Below are positions 46,383 through 56,462 of a DNA stretch of 64,000 nucleotides, in pieces. This stretch comes from SAR202 cluster bacterium bin87 (GTDB lineage Bacteria; Chloroflexota; Dehalococcoidia; Lucifugimonadales; UBA3495). The notes under the pieces are model-generated. The model saw only the letters and a list, made by a program, of their open reading frames with translations. It made no database searches and was not told the DNA's origin. A program made the translations under genes and the position numbers. Where the stretch lies: the NCBI GenBank assembly GCA_002238825.1, contig MPNC01000003.1:455208-519207 (forward strand). The letters run 5' to 3'. Each line of letters begins with the position of its first letter. Positions within the stretch are counted from its first letter, which is position 1.

Positions 46383-47534
46383 ATGACGCGCTACCTGGCC
46401 AAGCGCGCCGGGCAGATGGCGCTGACCCTGTTCCTGATCGTCACGCTGACGTTCTTCCTGGTGCAGGCGCAGCCCGGGGACTATGCCACCTTCTACGCGC
46501 TCAACCCTGATCTGCCGGCCGAGGTCCGCGCCCAGCTCAAGGAGTCCTTCGGGCTGGACAAGCCGCTGTGGCAGCAGTACCTCGTTCACATGAAAAACAC
46601 CTTCACCGGCAATTTCGGCGTCTCTTTCGGACATTTCCCCCGGCCGGTGATGGAGGTGCTCGCGGAGCGGCTGCCGCGGACGGCGGTGCTGTTCCTGACC
46701 GCCACGGCGGTGTCCTTCTACATCGGGTTCTTTCTGGGCAAGGCCATCGCCTGGCGTCGGGGCGGCGTGCTGGAGTATGCGGCGACCATCTCCGGCGCGA
46801 CGCTGTTCACCGCGTTCACGCCCGCCTTTGGCCTGATGATGATCTGGGTGTTCGCGTTCAAGCTGGGATGGCTGCCGGTGGGCAAGTTTCTGGATCCTCT
46901 GATCTGGAGGGGCGCGGAGGTCAGCGCCAACCACGTGTTCAGCTACATGCTGGTGACTGGCGCGGCTTTTATAGTCTTCGCGTTTCTGGTCCTGTTCTTT
47001 TTCCGGCGATCCGGGCGGATTGGGCCGGCCCCGCTGGTGGCGCCGATTATCGGAGCGGCGGCCCTGGCCATTCCGGTGGCGTGGGGGCTCTCCGACATCG
47101 GGTTCCTGGCGCTGGACATCCTTCGGCACATGATCTTGCCCATCGTCACGCTGACGTTGATCTCCTTCGCCGGCACTATGCTGCTGACGCGGAACAGCAT
47201 GCTGGAAACCATGCGCGAGGACTACGTGATGGCGGCTCGCGCCAAGGGGTTGCCCGAGAAGGTGGTGCGCGACCGGCACGCGGCACGCAACGCGCTGCTG
47301 CCGGTGGTCACCAGCCTGGTGTACAGCCTCATCTTTGCCATCGATGGCAGCGTAATCATCGAGGGCGTGTTCTCCTGGCCCGGCATGGGCATGACCCTGC
47401 TGGATGCGGTGCGCTCCGAAGACCTGCCGCTGGTAATGGGTTCAATGGTGTTCATCGGGCTGTTTTCGCTGCTGGCCCACGTCATCGTGGACGTGCTGTA
47501 CGTTTACCTTGACCCCAGGATACGCTACCAGTGA
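46383..47534 (+). CDS. ABC permease (OppB-like)
   Basis: ARAKGL, RNALLP, FSWPGMG, DPRI. Confidence 0.93.
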   Translation: MTRYLAKRAGQMALTLFLIVTLTFFLVQAQPGDYATFYALNPDLPAEVRAQLKESFGLDKPLWQQYLVHMKNTFTGNFGVSFGHFPRPVMEVLAERLPRTAVLFLTATAVSFYIGFFLGKAIAWRRGGVLEYAATISGATLFTAFTPAFGLMMIWVFAFKLGWLPVGKFLDPLIWRGAEVSANHVFSYMLVTGAAFIVFAFLVLFFFRRSGRIGPAPLVAPIIGAAALAIPVAWGLSDIGFLALDILRHMILPIVTLTLISFAGTMLLTRNSMLETMREDYVMAARAKGLPEKVVRDRHAARNALLPVVTSLVYSLIFAIDGSVIIEGVFSWPGMGMTLLDAVRSEDLPLVMGSMVFIGLFSLLAHVIVDVLYVYLDPRIRYQ

Positions 47535-48544
47535 TCACGCCGCAGCCTGACCATCATGTCGTCATTGGAGGGCCATCGGGGTCTCCGGAGCCGCCGCTGG
47601 TTGACCTGCATCCGGGCCGGTCGCAGATGGCGATGGCCCGGGCGAGGCTGGCCCTGCGGTCCTTTCGCGGCGGGTGGGCCATCTTCGTGGAGAGCCGCAT
47701 CGGTGTCCTGTCACTGGCGACCATCGTCCTGTTCGCCCTGATGGCGATTTCGCATCCCATCCTCATGGCGACCGTCTGGGACGCCGAGGTGTACGACCCG
47801 GTGACGGGATACGCATTCGACCGGCTGGAGCATCCGTCGCCGCCGAACTGGAGGCACCCGTTGGGAACCGACCCCCTGGGGCGTGACGTCCTCAGCCAGC
47901 TGCTGTCCAGCACGAGGTCCGAGTTCATCCTGGGGATAACCGCGGCCCTGGTGACCGTGGGGATTGCCACCACGGTGGGGGCGGTGGCGGCCTACTACGG
48001 GGGATTGGTGGACTCGCTGTTCATGCGCCTGGCGGACCTGATCATCGCACTGCCGGGAATCTCGCTGCTCATCGTGCTGAGCGCGCTGTTCAAGCTGAAC
48101 CTGTTTTACCTGGCGCTCATCATCGGCATCCTGGGCGGCTTCGGAGGGACGGCGATCATCCTGAAATCGCAGGCGCTGAGCATCCGAGTGAAACCCTACA
48201 TCGAGGCGGCGCGGGTGGCCGGCGGTGGTCACTCCCACATCATATTGGTCCATATCATCCCCAACCTGCTGCCCCTGTCTCTGCTGTACATGATGTTCAC
48301 GGTGACCGGCGCGATCTTCGCCGAGGCGGTGCTGTCCTTCCTGGGCCTGCTGGACCTGCGGATGAGCTGGGGAATCATGATCCACACCGCCAACACTGGC
48401 GGCTACCTCCTGGGCGGCACCCGGTACTGGTGGCTCATTGTGCCGGCCGGGGCGTCGATCACCTTCCTGTGCAGCGCGTTCTACCTGGTGGGTCGTGCAC
48501 TGGACGAGGTGGTGAACCCCAGGCTGCGGCGGCACACCGCCTGA
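47531..48544 (+). CDS. ABC permease (OppC-like)
   Basis: LGTDPLGRD, EAVLSFLG, SWG. Confidence 0.92.
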   Translation: MITPQPDHHVVIGGPSGSPEPPLVDLHPGRSQMAMARARLALRSFRGGWAIFVESRIGVLSLATIVLFALMAISHPILMATVWDAEVYDPVTGYAFDRLEHPSPPNWRHPLGTDPLGRDVLSQLLSSTRSEFILGITAALVTVGIATTVGAVAAYYGGLVDSLFMRLADLIIALPGISLLIVLSALFKLNLFYLALIIGILGGFGGTAIILKSQALSIRVKPYIEAARVAGGGHSHIILVHIIPNLLPLSLLYMMFTVTGAIFAEAVLSFLGLLDLRMSWGIMIHTANTGGYLLGGTRYWWLIVPAGASITFLCSAFYLVGRALDEVVNPRLRRHTA

Positions 48545-48559
48545 CGCGGGGATGACGAG

Positions 48560-49573
48560 ATGGCCACGGTGAGAGAAGCACCGGTCCTGGAGGTGGTTGA
48601 CCTTTCCCTGCGCTACCAGACGCGGCAGGGCGAGGTGCAGGCGGTCGAGGGGGTTAGCTTCGAGCTGGCGCAGGGCCAATCGCTGGGGCTGGTCGGCGAA
48701 TCGGGTTGCGGCAAGACTTCGGTAGCCACCAGTCTGATGCGGCTGCTGCCGGAAAACGCATACCTGGCCGGCGGGCAGGTCAAGCTGGGCGGAACCGACC
48801 TGCTGCCGCTGTCCGACGATGAGATACGCGGCTACCGCTGGCGTCGCATCGCCATGGTGTTCCAGGCCGCGATGAACTCCCTGGACCCGGTGCATCGGGT
48901 CGGCCAGCAGGTGATCGAGGCCATCGAGGCCCACCGCATGGAAACGACGCTGGCCGACGCCAGGGAGCGGGTGGCGCGCCTGTTCCGCATGGTTGGTCTG
49001 GATCCTCAGCTGATGGACCGGTATCCCCATGAGTTCAGCGGGGGCATGCGCCAGCGGGCGGTGATCGCCATGGCGCTGTCGTGCGACCCGGACCTGATCA
49101 TCGCCGACGAGCCGACCACCGCCCTGGACGTCATCGTGCAGGACCGCATCCTGCGCGAGCTGAAGGTCGTGCAGCAGGAACTCCGCATGGGCATGATCTA
49201 CATCAGCCACGACATCGGGGTGGTTGCGGAGGTGACCGACCGGATCGGCGTGATGTACGCCGGCCGCCTGGTGGAACTTGGAGACACCGCCGACGTGTTC
49301 CGGTCGCCGATGCACCCCTACACGGCGGCGCTGATGTCGTCGTTCCCCAGCGTTCACGGGGAAAGATTGCCGCTGGTTGGTCTGGCCGGCGAGCCGCCCA
49401 ACCTGATCGACCCGCCGGCGGGATGCCCGTTCCATCCCCGCTGCCCGTACGCCGACGATATCTGCCGAACCGAGTTCCCGGATCGGTCGTTTCGTGGGGA
49501 CAATTGGGCCGCGTGCTGGCATCCCCTGGATGCGTCCCCGCTTTCGGAGGACCGTCAGAATCAGGATTTTTGA
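48560..49573 (+). CDS. ABC ATP-binding protein (OppD-like)
   Basis: GESGCGKT, FSGGMRQR, ADEPTTALD. Confidence 0.95.
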   Translation: MATVREAPVLEVVDLSLRYQTRQGEVQAVEGVSFELAQGQSLGLVGESGCGKTSVATSLMRLLPENAYLAGGQVKLGGTDLLPLSDDEIRGYRWRRIAMVFQAAMNSLDPVHRVGQQVIEAIEAHRMETTLADARERVARLFRMVGLDPQLMDRYPHEFSGGMRQRAVIAMALSCDPDLIIADEPTTALDVIVQDRILRELKVVQQELRMGMIYISHDIGVVAEVTDRIGVMYAGRLVELGDTADVFRSPMHPYTAALMSSFPSVHGERLPLVGLAGEPPNLIDPPAGCPFHPRCPYADDICRTEFPDRSFRGDNWAACWHPLDASPLSEDRQNQDF

Positions 49574-49647
49574 GGATTATGGGATTGGCAGGATTGAGGG
49601 AACTTAATCCCGGCAATCCTGAAATCCGGTAAATCCTGATTCTGACG
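49553..49647. repeat. Palindromic repeat family D, uninterrupted copy
   Basis: 17-bp perfect inverted ends CGTCAGAATCAGGATTT/AAATCCTGATTCTGACG. Confidence 0.85.
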
Positions 49648-49656
49648 ACACCGATA

Positions 49657-50706
49657 ATGCAGACCCCCATGGCGGCTCCCAACCAGACCGATGGCGGACA
49701 GGATGCCTTGGTCGCTGTGTCAGGGCTGACCAAGCGGTTCCCGGTGTTGAAGAGCTTGTTCCGGCAACCCTCCAGTTTCATCCACGCCGTGGACGACGTG
49801 TCCTTCGCCCTTGCGCCTGGCGAGAGCCTGGGGTTGGTGGGAGAGTCGGGCTGCGGCAAGACCACGGTGGGCAAACTGTTGGTGAAACTGCTCGAACCGA
49901 CCTCCGGTGGGATACATTTCCGGTTCCCGTCCCGGGATGCGAACGGCGGGTCCGGTGAGCCGGTGGATGCCAGCGAGATACGTTCGACCGACCTGCGCGC
50001 CTTCCGGCGGCAGGCGCAGATGATCTTCCAGGACCCTTACGAGTCGATGAACCCCCGGCGGACCATCTATGACACAATCGCCGAGCCGCTGGCAGTGCAG
50101 GGGATCGGCAGCATGACGAACCGGGTGGACCGGGTCACGGAGATCCTGACCAGGGTGGGCCTGACGCCGCCGTCGTCCTTCCTGTTCCGCCACCCCCACG
50201 AACTTTCGGGAGGGCAGCGGCAGCGGGTGGCCATCGCAAGGGCGCTGGTGATCGGCCCGTCCTTCGTGGTTGCCGACGAGCCCACGTCCATGCTGGACGT
50301 TTCCAGCCGGACGGGCATCATGTCGCTGATGCAGGAACTGGCGCAGCAGTATGGCATCTCCTATCTGTACATCACTCACGACCTGGCGGTGGCCCGCTAC
50401 ATGTGCCACCGCATCGCCGTGATGTACCTGGGCAAGATCGTCGAGCTGGCGGAAACCGAGGAACTGCTGCGCAACCCGCTGCACCCCTACACCCGGGCGT
50501 TGCTCTCGGCGGTCCCGGTGCCCGATCCCCGGTTCCGGCGTGATCGTCCGGACATTCTGGGAGACCTGACCCTGCCAATAGATCCGCCGCCGCGTTGTCG
50601 ATTTTACGACCGTTGTCCGGTTGCCACCGACTTTTGCGAAGGCAACCCGCATCCACCGATGGAGGAGCAGACTCCGGGTCACTGGGTGGCCTGCTACGAG
50701 GCGTGA
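49657..50706 (+). CDS. ABC ATP-binding protein (OppF-like)
   Basis: GESGCGKT, LSGGQRQR, ADEPTS. Confidence 0.95.
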   Translation: MQTPMAAPNQTDGGQDALVAVSGLTKRFPVLKSLFRQPSSFIHAVDDVSFALAPGESLGLVGESGCGKTTVGKLLVKLLEPTSGGIHFRFPSRDANGGSGEPVDASEIRSTDLRAFRRQAQMIFQDPYESMNPRRTIYDTIAEPLAVQGIGSMTNRVDRVTEILTRVGLTPPSSFLFRHPHELSGGQRQRVAIARALVIGPSFVVADEPTSMLDVSSRTGIMSLMQELAQQYGISYLYITHDLAVARYMCHRIAVMYLGKIVELAETEELLRNPLHPYTRALLSAVPVPDPRFRRDRPDILGDLTLPIDPPPRCRFYDRCPVATDFCEGNPHPPMEEQTPGHWVACYEA

Positions 50707-50726
50707 GGCGAGGTGAATCGGGATCA

Positions 50727-50822
50727 CGTCATTCCTGAGGAAGCAGGAATCCAGATCACCCAAGCATCGGCAAACGTGCGCCGGGCAGGGGATCCTGGAT
50801 ACCGGCTTTCGCCGGTATGACG
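50727..50822. repeat. Palindromic repeat family B
   Basis: CGTCATTCC..GGAATCCAG...CTGGATACCGGCTTTCGCCGGTATGACG. Confidence 0.8.
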
Positions 50823-50875
50823 GTTTTGGTTGAGACGGACGTTGCAATTCTGGACAGATGCCAGACGAGGTGAGA

Positions 50876-52075
50876 ATGGCGGAGGCTGAAGTAGTCATTA
50901 TCGGCGGGGGCATAGCGGGAGCGTCCGCGGCCTTTCACCTGGCGGGGTACGGCTGGAACGTGATCCTGCTGGAGCGAGGGGAGATCGCATCTGAGGCGTC
51001 GGGCGTCAACGCCGGCGGCATCGGCGCGTTGGGATGGGGGAACGTGCCGGACCTGGAGTCGTACCTGACCATGGGCAGCCTGCAGATTTTCCGCGACCTG
51101 CAGCTGAAACTGGGCTACGACATCGAGTTTCGCGTTTCTGGCGGGCTCCAGGCAGTCCAGACCGAGGAGCAATACGTCTACGCGCGGGATCGGGTCCTCG
51201 CGCTGAAGTCGCGGGGCTACACTCTGGACCTGCTGACCATCGACGAGGCGCGCAGCATCGAGCCGGAATTTAACCCCCATCTCTACGGAGCCATGCACTT
51301 TCCCCGGCGCGGCCAGGCCGACCCCGTGAAGGCCACCCGCGCCTTCGCCACCGCTGCGGCGGAGCGGGGCGCCAACATCCTGACTGGCCGGGAGGTTGCC
51401 GCAATTGACAGGACGAGGGAGGGAACCTACAGAGTCGCCTGTGGTGAAGAGACCCACGAGGCGCGCCAGTTGATCCTGGCGGCCGGAGCATGGTGCGGGC
51501 CACTGGGGAAGATGCTGGGCGTCCGCATCCCCATCGTGCCGGTTCGCGGGCAGATGTGGGCGACGCAGCCGCTGCCGCCACGGGTCTTCTACTCGCTGTC
51601 GTCGGCCGAATCCTACGCGCACTGGAGCCGCACGCCGGGCAACAATGCGGACACGCCTCCGGAACTCACCCACATCGGCGACCGACGGGTGACCCGTCAC
51701 CTCTACGGCCGGCAGAACCGGGACGGCGAGATCATCTTCGGCGGCGACCGCGAGTTGGTGGGCTACGACTACACGGTGGACGCCGGCGGAGTGGAGGTGA
51801 ATTTCGGCCACGCCAGCGAGATTCTGCCGATGCTGGGCGGCCTGGCCATCAGCCGCACCTGGTCGGGGATGATGCCCTTCTCGCTGGACGGCCGGCCGAT
51901 CATCGGGAAGATTCCGCAGCTGGACGAGGTGTACATCGTGAGCGGGCTGGCGTCGTCAGGCTTTGGCCGTGGACCCATGGCGGGCAAGCTGATCGCCGAC
52001 TACGTGCACACCGGGCATCGGCCTCATGTGCTGTCGGAGTCGGACCCTGCCCGCTGTGTGACCAGTCTGGAGTGA
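50876..52075 (+). CDS. FAD-dependent oxidoreductase (DAO/glycine oxidase/sarcosine oxidase beta family)
   Basis: IIGGGIAG, ASGVNAG, PVRGQ, DGRPIIG, GFGRGP. Confidence 0.9.
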   Translation: MAEAEVVIIGGGIAGASAAFHLAGYGWNVILLERGEIASEASGVNAGGIGALGWGNVPDLESYLTMGSLQIFRDLQLKLGYDIEFRVSGGLQAVQTEEQYVYARDRVLALKSRGYTLDLLTIDEARSIEPEFNPHLYGAMHFPRRGQADPVKATRAFATAAAERGANILTGREVAAIDRTREGTYRVACGEETHEARQLILAAGAWCGPLGKMLGVRIPIVPVRGQMWATQPLPPRVFYSLSSAESYAHWSRTPGNNADTPPELTHIGDRRVTRHLYGRQNRDGEIIFGGDRELVGYDYTVDAGGVEVNFGHASEILPMLGGLAISRTWSGMMPFSLDGRPIIGKIPQLDEVYIVSGLASSGFGRGPMAGKLIADYVHTGHRPHVLSESDPARCVTSLE

Positions 52076-52089
52076 CAGCCGGGAATCGG

Positions 52090-53337
52090 TCATTCCCGGG
52101 GTCGGTATGGCTCGATCGCGCGCTTTATCAGGGGGGTGAATATCATCGCCGGCGCCATCAGGAGCAGGCCGATACCGGCGTTGAGACCGATGGCCAGGGA
52201 GATGGTGAAAGCCTGCGCGATCGCCCCGATCTCGAACCCGCCCACCAGGTGACCGAGCCCATTGACCAGACCCTGGGATCCCATGATCCTGCCGCGCATT
52301 TCCGGCGCGGTCGAAAGCATGAGGATGGTGCTCTGCATGGTGCTGAACCCGGACTGACCCACGCCGGCGGCGAAGAGCACCAGGAAGGAGACGAAAAACC
52401 ACGGCGACCACGCGACGGCCACCACGCCCACTGCGACAATGATCGCTCCGAAGGCGAAGTAACGGCCGTGGAAGCTGTAATTGCGCCGCGTGGCGATGAT
52501 CATTGCCCCGACGAACGCGCCGATGCCGTCGGCAGCCCCCAGCAGCCCGCCCAGGGCCGGCCCCACCATGAGCACGTCCGTGGCGATGACGGGGATGAAA
52601 TACTGCAGCGGCAGGACCATGCCATTCATCACCAGCGAGATGGTCAGCACTCCCAGCACGAACTTGTTGGAGAACGAGTGGCTGATGCCTGATCTGATGC
52701 CTGTGAAGAAGGCGGTGTCCCGCACGATCAACATGGACCGCTCCGGCAACCGCATCCTCCAGATGAGCACGGCCGACACCAGGTCCAGCGCCACCAGCAC
52801 GATGAACGCGCCCGTGAACCCGTAGAACTGCACCAGCAGGCCGCCCGCTATCGGGCCCAGTATCTTGCCGCCGTTGTTGGTCATCGTCTCCAGCGACATG
52901 GCGTGGGCGATCCGGTCCTGCCCGGCCAGGTCGAACAGCGAGGCGCGGCGGGTCGGGTCATCCAGCACCTTGGCCGTGCCCTGGGCGAGCACGGCGAGGA
53001 AGACGTGCCACGGCTCAACCAGGTCGAGGAACAGCAGTACCAGCAGGCACGAGGCCAGCACCAGGTAGAAGGTATGGATGGTGGCCAGGATGCGCCACCG
53101 GTCCAGCCGGTCCGCCAGCATGCCCGCGACCAGCGCCAGCGGCGGCCGCGGCCCGTTCAGGAACACCGAGATCAGGCCAACCTGGAAGGCCGAGTCGGTG
53201 AGCTCCAGCACGAGGTAACCCAGCGTGATCAGCTCCATGCGCCGGGAGATCTCGTGGATCCACCGGGCCGCCCACAGGCGCTGAAAGTTGCGGTCCTGCA
53301 GGACCACAAATACTGGAGCGTTGGAGATGCGCGCCAA
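52090..53337 (-). CDS. MFS transporter
   Basis: GMLADRLDR, MRGRIMG; multi-TM. Confidence 0.9.
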   Translation of the reverse strand: MARISNAPVFVVLQDRNFQRLWAARWIHEISRRMELITLGYLVLELTDSAFQVGLISVFLNGPRPPLALVAGMLADRLDRWRILATIHTFYLVLASCLLVLLFLDLVEPWHVFLAVLAQGTAKVLDDPTRRASLFDLAGQDRIAHAMSLETMTNNGGKILGPIAGGLLVQFYGFTGAFIVLVALDLVSAVLIWRMRLPERSMLIVRDTAFFTGIRSGISHSFSNKFVLGVLTISLVMNGMVLPLQYFIPVIATDVLMVGPALGGLLGAADGIGAFVGAMIIATRRNYSFHGRYFAFGAIIVAVGVVAVAWSPWFFVSFLVLFAAGVGQSGFSTMQSTILMLSTAPEMRGRIMGSQGLVNGLGHLVGGFEIGAIAQAFTISLAIGLNAGIGLLLMAPAMIFTPLIKRAIEPYRPRE

Positions 53338-53466
53338 CTATCAGCTCCCGGGCGGGTCGCCAACTCTTCCCGGCGACCGCGTGGCACGGCGTATTCCCGC
53401 CGCCCGAACTCGATAAAGGCCGCACGATACGCGCCATGATGATGGCAAGTCAAACGACCCGGGCGG

Positions 53467-53603
53467 CTCACGCGTACCCAGTTTCACCGGAACTGTCATT
53501 GCGAGCGAAGCGCGGCAATCTCGTTGGGGCACGGAACGCTACTGCGGGAACGAGATCGCCACGTCGCTACGCTCCTCGCGATGACGAACTGGGTACGCGT
53601 GAG
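53467..53603. mobile_element. 137-bp MITE (CTCACGCGTACCCAGTT TIR) with a family A core
   Basis: 17-bp perfect TIR; flanks ACCCGGGCGG/ACCCGGGAAG (degenerate 10-bp TSD). Confidence 0.8.
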
Positions 53604-53712
53604 ACCCGGGAAGGGCTCGCCCTGGATTTGGCGCGGCGCTTGGTCTACCCTTGCGGTGACCCTGACCGGTCGCCCACGCGGCCGGTCAGATCCGAGGATT
53701 GGCGGTGTCTAA

Positions 53713-54693
53713 TTGAGTCTGGGTTTGTGCGTTCTTGGTTGCGGTTCCTTTGCGGCGGTTTTCGCGCGTTCGATGGCCGCGCTGGCCGGAGAGGTCGACA
53801 TCTACTTCGCCAGCCGTGACCTGTCGCGGGCGCGGGAGTATGCGTCGCGGTTCAGTGGGCTGGATGCGTTTGGCAGTTACGAAGAGGCGGTATCCGACTC
53901 CAGGGTAGAAGCCGTGTACGTCTGCACTCCGCACCATCTGCACCGGGAGCATGCGTCGCTGGCGTTTCGGGCCGGTAAGCACGTGCTGGTGGAAAAACCG
54001 ATCGCCGGCACACGCGACGACGCCGAGGCCATGATCCGGGAGGCCGCGGCATCCGGCGTCACGTTCATGGTGGCGGAGAATTTCCGATTCCTGCCGCCGG
54101 TGGCGGAGGCGAAACGGCTGATTGAGCAGGGTAGGGTCGGTCAGGTACGCCTGATCCAGTTGCACGAGCAGTTCCCGTTTGCCCCGGGAGGATGGCGTAG
54201 CCGAGCGGAACTGAACGGGGGCGGCGTGCTCATCGACGGAGGCATCCACGAGCTGAGCGCGGTGGCTTATCTGGTCGGCCCGCCCACCGAGGTATACGCC
54301 CGCGAGGTCCTGCCCGGCCAGCCGGGCCTGGAGGCGGAGGACGGCGTGGTGGTGGTGACGCGAGATGCCAGCGGAGCCGTCGGCCTGATCAATCACTCGT
54401 GGAGCGTCGTGCCGCCGCAACCGCACTCGTGGGTGCAAATATCCGGGACCGAAGCGACGCTGTACTTCGAACCGGGCAAGCCGTGGCTGAGGGTAACGGA
54501 TGCCAACTCCGAAACGACCGTCGCGCTCGAAGATTACGGCAACGGGCTGGTTCCCATGGTCCGGGAGTTTCAGACCAGCATCCACGAAGGCCGGCCGCCG
54601 GCCATGACGGGAGAGGATGGCATTACCGACCTCGCCCTGGTCCTTGCTGCCTACGAGTCGATGGAAACGGGATTGCCGGTCAGCCTGCCGTAG
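53713..54693 (+). CDS. Gfo/Idh/MocA family oxidoreductase
   Basis: LGCGSFA, KHVLVEKP, GGGVLIDGGIH. Confidence 0.92.
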   Translation: MSLGLCVLGCGSFAAVFARSMAALAGEVDIYFASRDLSRAREYASRFSGLDAFGSYEEAVSDSRVEAVYVCTPHHLHREHASLAFRAGKHVLVEKPIAGTRDDAEAMIREAAASGVTFMVAENFRFLPPVAEAKRLIEQGRVGQVRLIQLHEQFPFAPGGWRSRAELNGGGVLIDGGIHELSAVAYLVGPPTEVYAREVLPGQPGLEAEDGVVVVTRDASGAVGLINHSWSVVPPQPHSWVQISGTEATLYFEPGKPWLRVTDANSETTVALEDYGNGLVPMVREFQTSIHEGRPPAMTGEDGITDLALVLAAYESMETGLPVSLP

Positions 54694-54695
54694 CC

Positions 54696-54853
54696 CTCAC
54701 CTGTGCCCAGTTTGTCATCGCACGTACCCAGTTTGTCACCACGAGGACCGCAGCGACGTGGCGATCTCGTTCCCGCAGTAGCGTTCCGTGCCCCAACGAG
54801 ATTGCCACGCTGCGCTCGCAATGACGATTCTGGTGACTACGGATACGCGTGGG
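54696..54853. mobile_element. Degenerate MITE of the CTCACGCGTACCCAG family with a family A core
   Basis: 9-bp TSD GCCGTAGCC/GCCGTAACC; internally duplicated left end (CCCAGTTTGTCA x2). Confidence 0.7.
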
Positions 54854-54872
54854 GCCGTAACCACCTTGATCG

Positions 54873-56315
54873 CTACACGGACGTTTGCGTGATGACGCGG
54901 GGCGCCACCTTGCGCGAGAGCCAGCGGCCGTCGGCGGAGCTCCCCAGCAGTTCTCCGTCGCGAACGATCACCTTGCCGCGCAGGATCGTCATGATCGGAT
55001 AGCCTTCGCACTGGAACCCGTCCCAGATGGAGTAGTCGGACTCGGCGTGGAGTTCGTCCACGGTGATGGTCTTCTTGAGGTTGGGGTCGAAGAGCACGAT
55101 GTCGGCGTCGCTGCCCACGGCGATGGCTCCTTTCTGCGGGTACATGCCCAGGATCTTGGCGGCGTTGGTGGAGGTGATGGCGGCGAACCGTTCCAGGTCG
55201 ATGCGCCCGTTGGCGGCCAGCTTGGTGTAGGTCACTGGCATGCGGGTCTCGATGCCGTTGTGCCCGCCGCACAGCGTGCGGATGGTTTCGCCGGCCAGCT
55301 TGATGTTCTTGTAGGTGGTCCACTCGTCGGTGGCCGTGGTGCAGATGGGTCCATCCACCAGGCCCTGCTGCAGTGCGTCCCGGTCGTCGGAGAATTTGAT
55401 GGCCGGGTAGGTGTGGATGGCCAGGCCGTCGGGCTTCAGGTAATCGTCGCAGGTGAACTCCAGGTAGTTATGCAAGGCCTCGCCGTACACCGGCAGTTGC
55501 GCGGCCCGGGCCTCGGCGATGGCGGCGACGCCCTCCCGGGCCGTGGTGTGAACGAAGTAGATGCCGGTCTCGGTCTTCTGGGCCAGCCGCACCACCTTGC
55601 GGAAGGAGATGTCCTCGGAGATGTTGTTGTGCGCCAGGTGCAGGTTGGAACCGTGGTCCCGGCCCTCCCGCTCCAGCTTCTCCTCCATGTAGGTGACGAT
55701 GTCGTCTTCCTCGGCGTGCACGGCCATGATCCCGCCGTGCTTGCCGACCTCCTGGAAGATCTCCCACAGGTGCCCCATGGGAACGCGGGCGTGGAAGGTG
55801 GTGAAGATCTTGAAGCTGGCCACGCCCGACTGGATCGCCTCGCCGATCTCGCCCATGGTGCTGGGCGGGATGGCTCCGGCGAGGATGTAGTGGAAGGTAT
55901 AGTCGGTGTAGGAGTGCCCGCGGAAGGTGTCCCGACGGGTCTCGATCTGGGCCATGATGGGGTCGGACGGCGGCACCGCGCCGGGGGTAAGCGGCAACGC
56001 TCCGGCGAAGTCCACGTAGGTGGTCACCCCGCCGAAGGCCGCGGCGCGGCTGGCCGCTTCCGGCGGTTGCGTGAACACGCCGTCGTCGCCGCCGGCCCAG
56101 TAGTCGGGCACCGGCACGTTGATGTGCGCGTGGGGCTCGATACCTCCCGGCAGCACGATCATGCCGGTGGCGTCGATGGTCTCGCCGGCGCCGATATCGT
56201 CCAGCACACCCGGGGCGGCCACCGCCGCGATCTGCTCGCCCTGCACGCCGACGTCCCTCAGGCCAACGCCGTCCGGTGTGACCACGGTCCCGCCCTTGAT
56301 GATCAAGTCCAGCAT
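54873..56315 (-). CDS. Dihydropyrimidinase/hydantoinase-like amidohydrolase
   Basis: LPGGIEPHAH, AAAFGGVTT, SFKIF, VHAE, KGAIAVGSDAD. Confidence 0.9.
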   Translation of the reverse strand: MLDLIIKGGTVVTPDGVGLRDVGVQGEQIAAVAAPGVLDDIGAGETIDATGMIVLPGGIEPHAHINVPVPDYWAGGDDGVFTQPPEAASRAAAFGGVTTYVDFAGALPLTPGAVPPSDPIMAQIETRRDTFRGHSYTDYTFHYILAGAIPPSTMGEIGEAIQSGVASFKIFTTFHARVPMGHLWEIFQEVGKHGGIMAVHAEEDDIVTYMEEKLEREGRDHGSNLHLAHNNISEDISFRKVVRLAQKTETGIYFVHTTAREGVAAIAEARAAQLPVYGEALHNYLEFTCDDYLKPDGLAIHTYPAIKFSDDRDALQQGLVDGPICTTATDEWTTYKNIKLAGETIRTLCGGHNGIETRMPVTYTKLAANGRIDLERFAAITSTNAAKILGMYPQKGAIAVGSDADIVLFDPNLKKTITVDELHAESDYSIWDGFQCEGYPIMTILRGKVIVRDGELLGSSADGRWLSRKVAPRVITQTSV

Positions 56316-56462
56316 GATTCCCTCCTCGACTTGCGTGTTGTGAGCATTGACGACGGCTATCGTTACGTGTATCGCCCAGATTGGCCGCGATTATAGCGCG
56401 ATTGTTTGGAGAGCAAGCGAAACCGGCGACGGTAGTCCGTGCGCCGGCGTCCGCCCATCGGC

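Noticed and set aside
47711-49522. Long antisense or alternative-frame ORFs (e.g. 19589-21304, 38786-40882, 54885-56396, 61467-63323)
   Set aside because: Shadow ORFs typical of high-GC DNA, lying opposite well-supported genes
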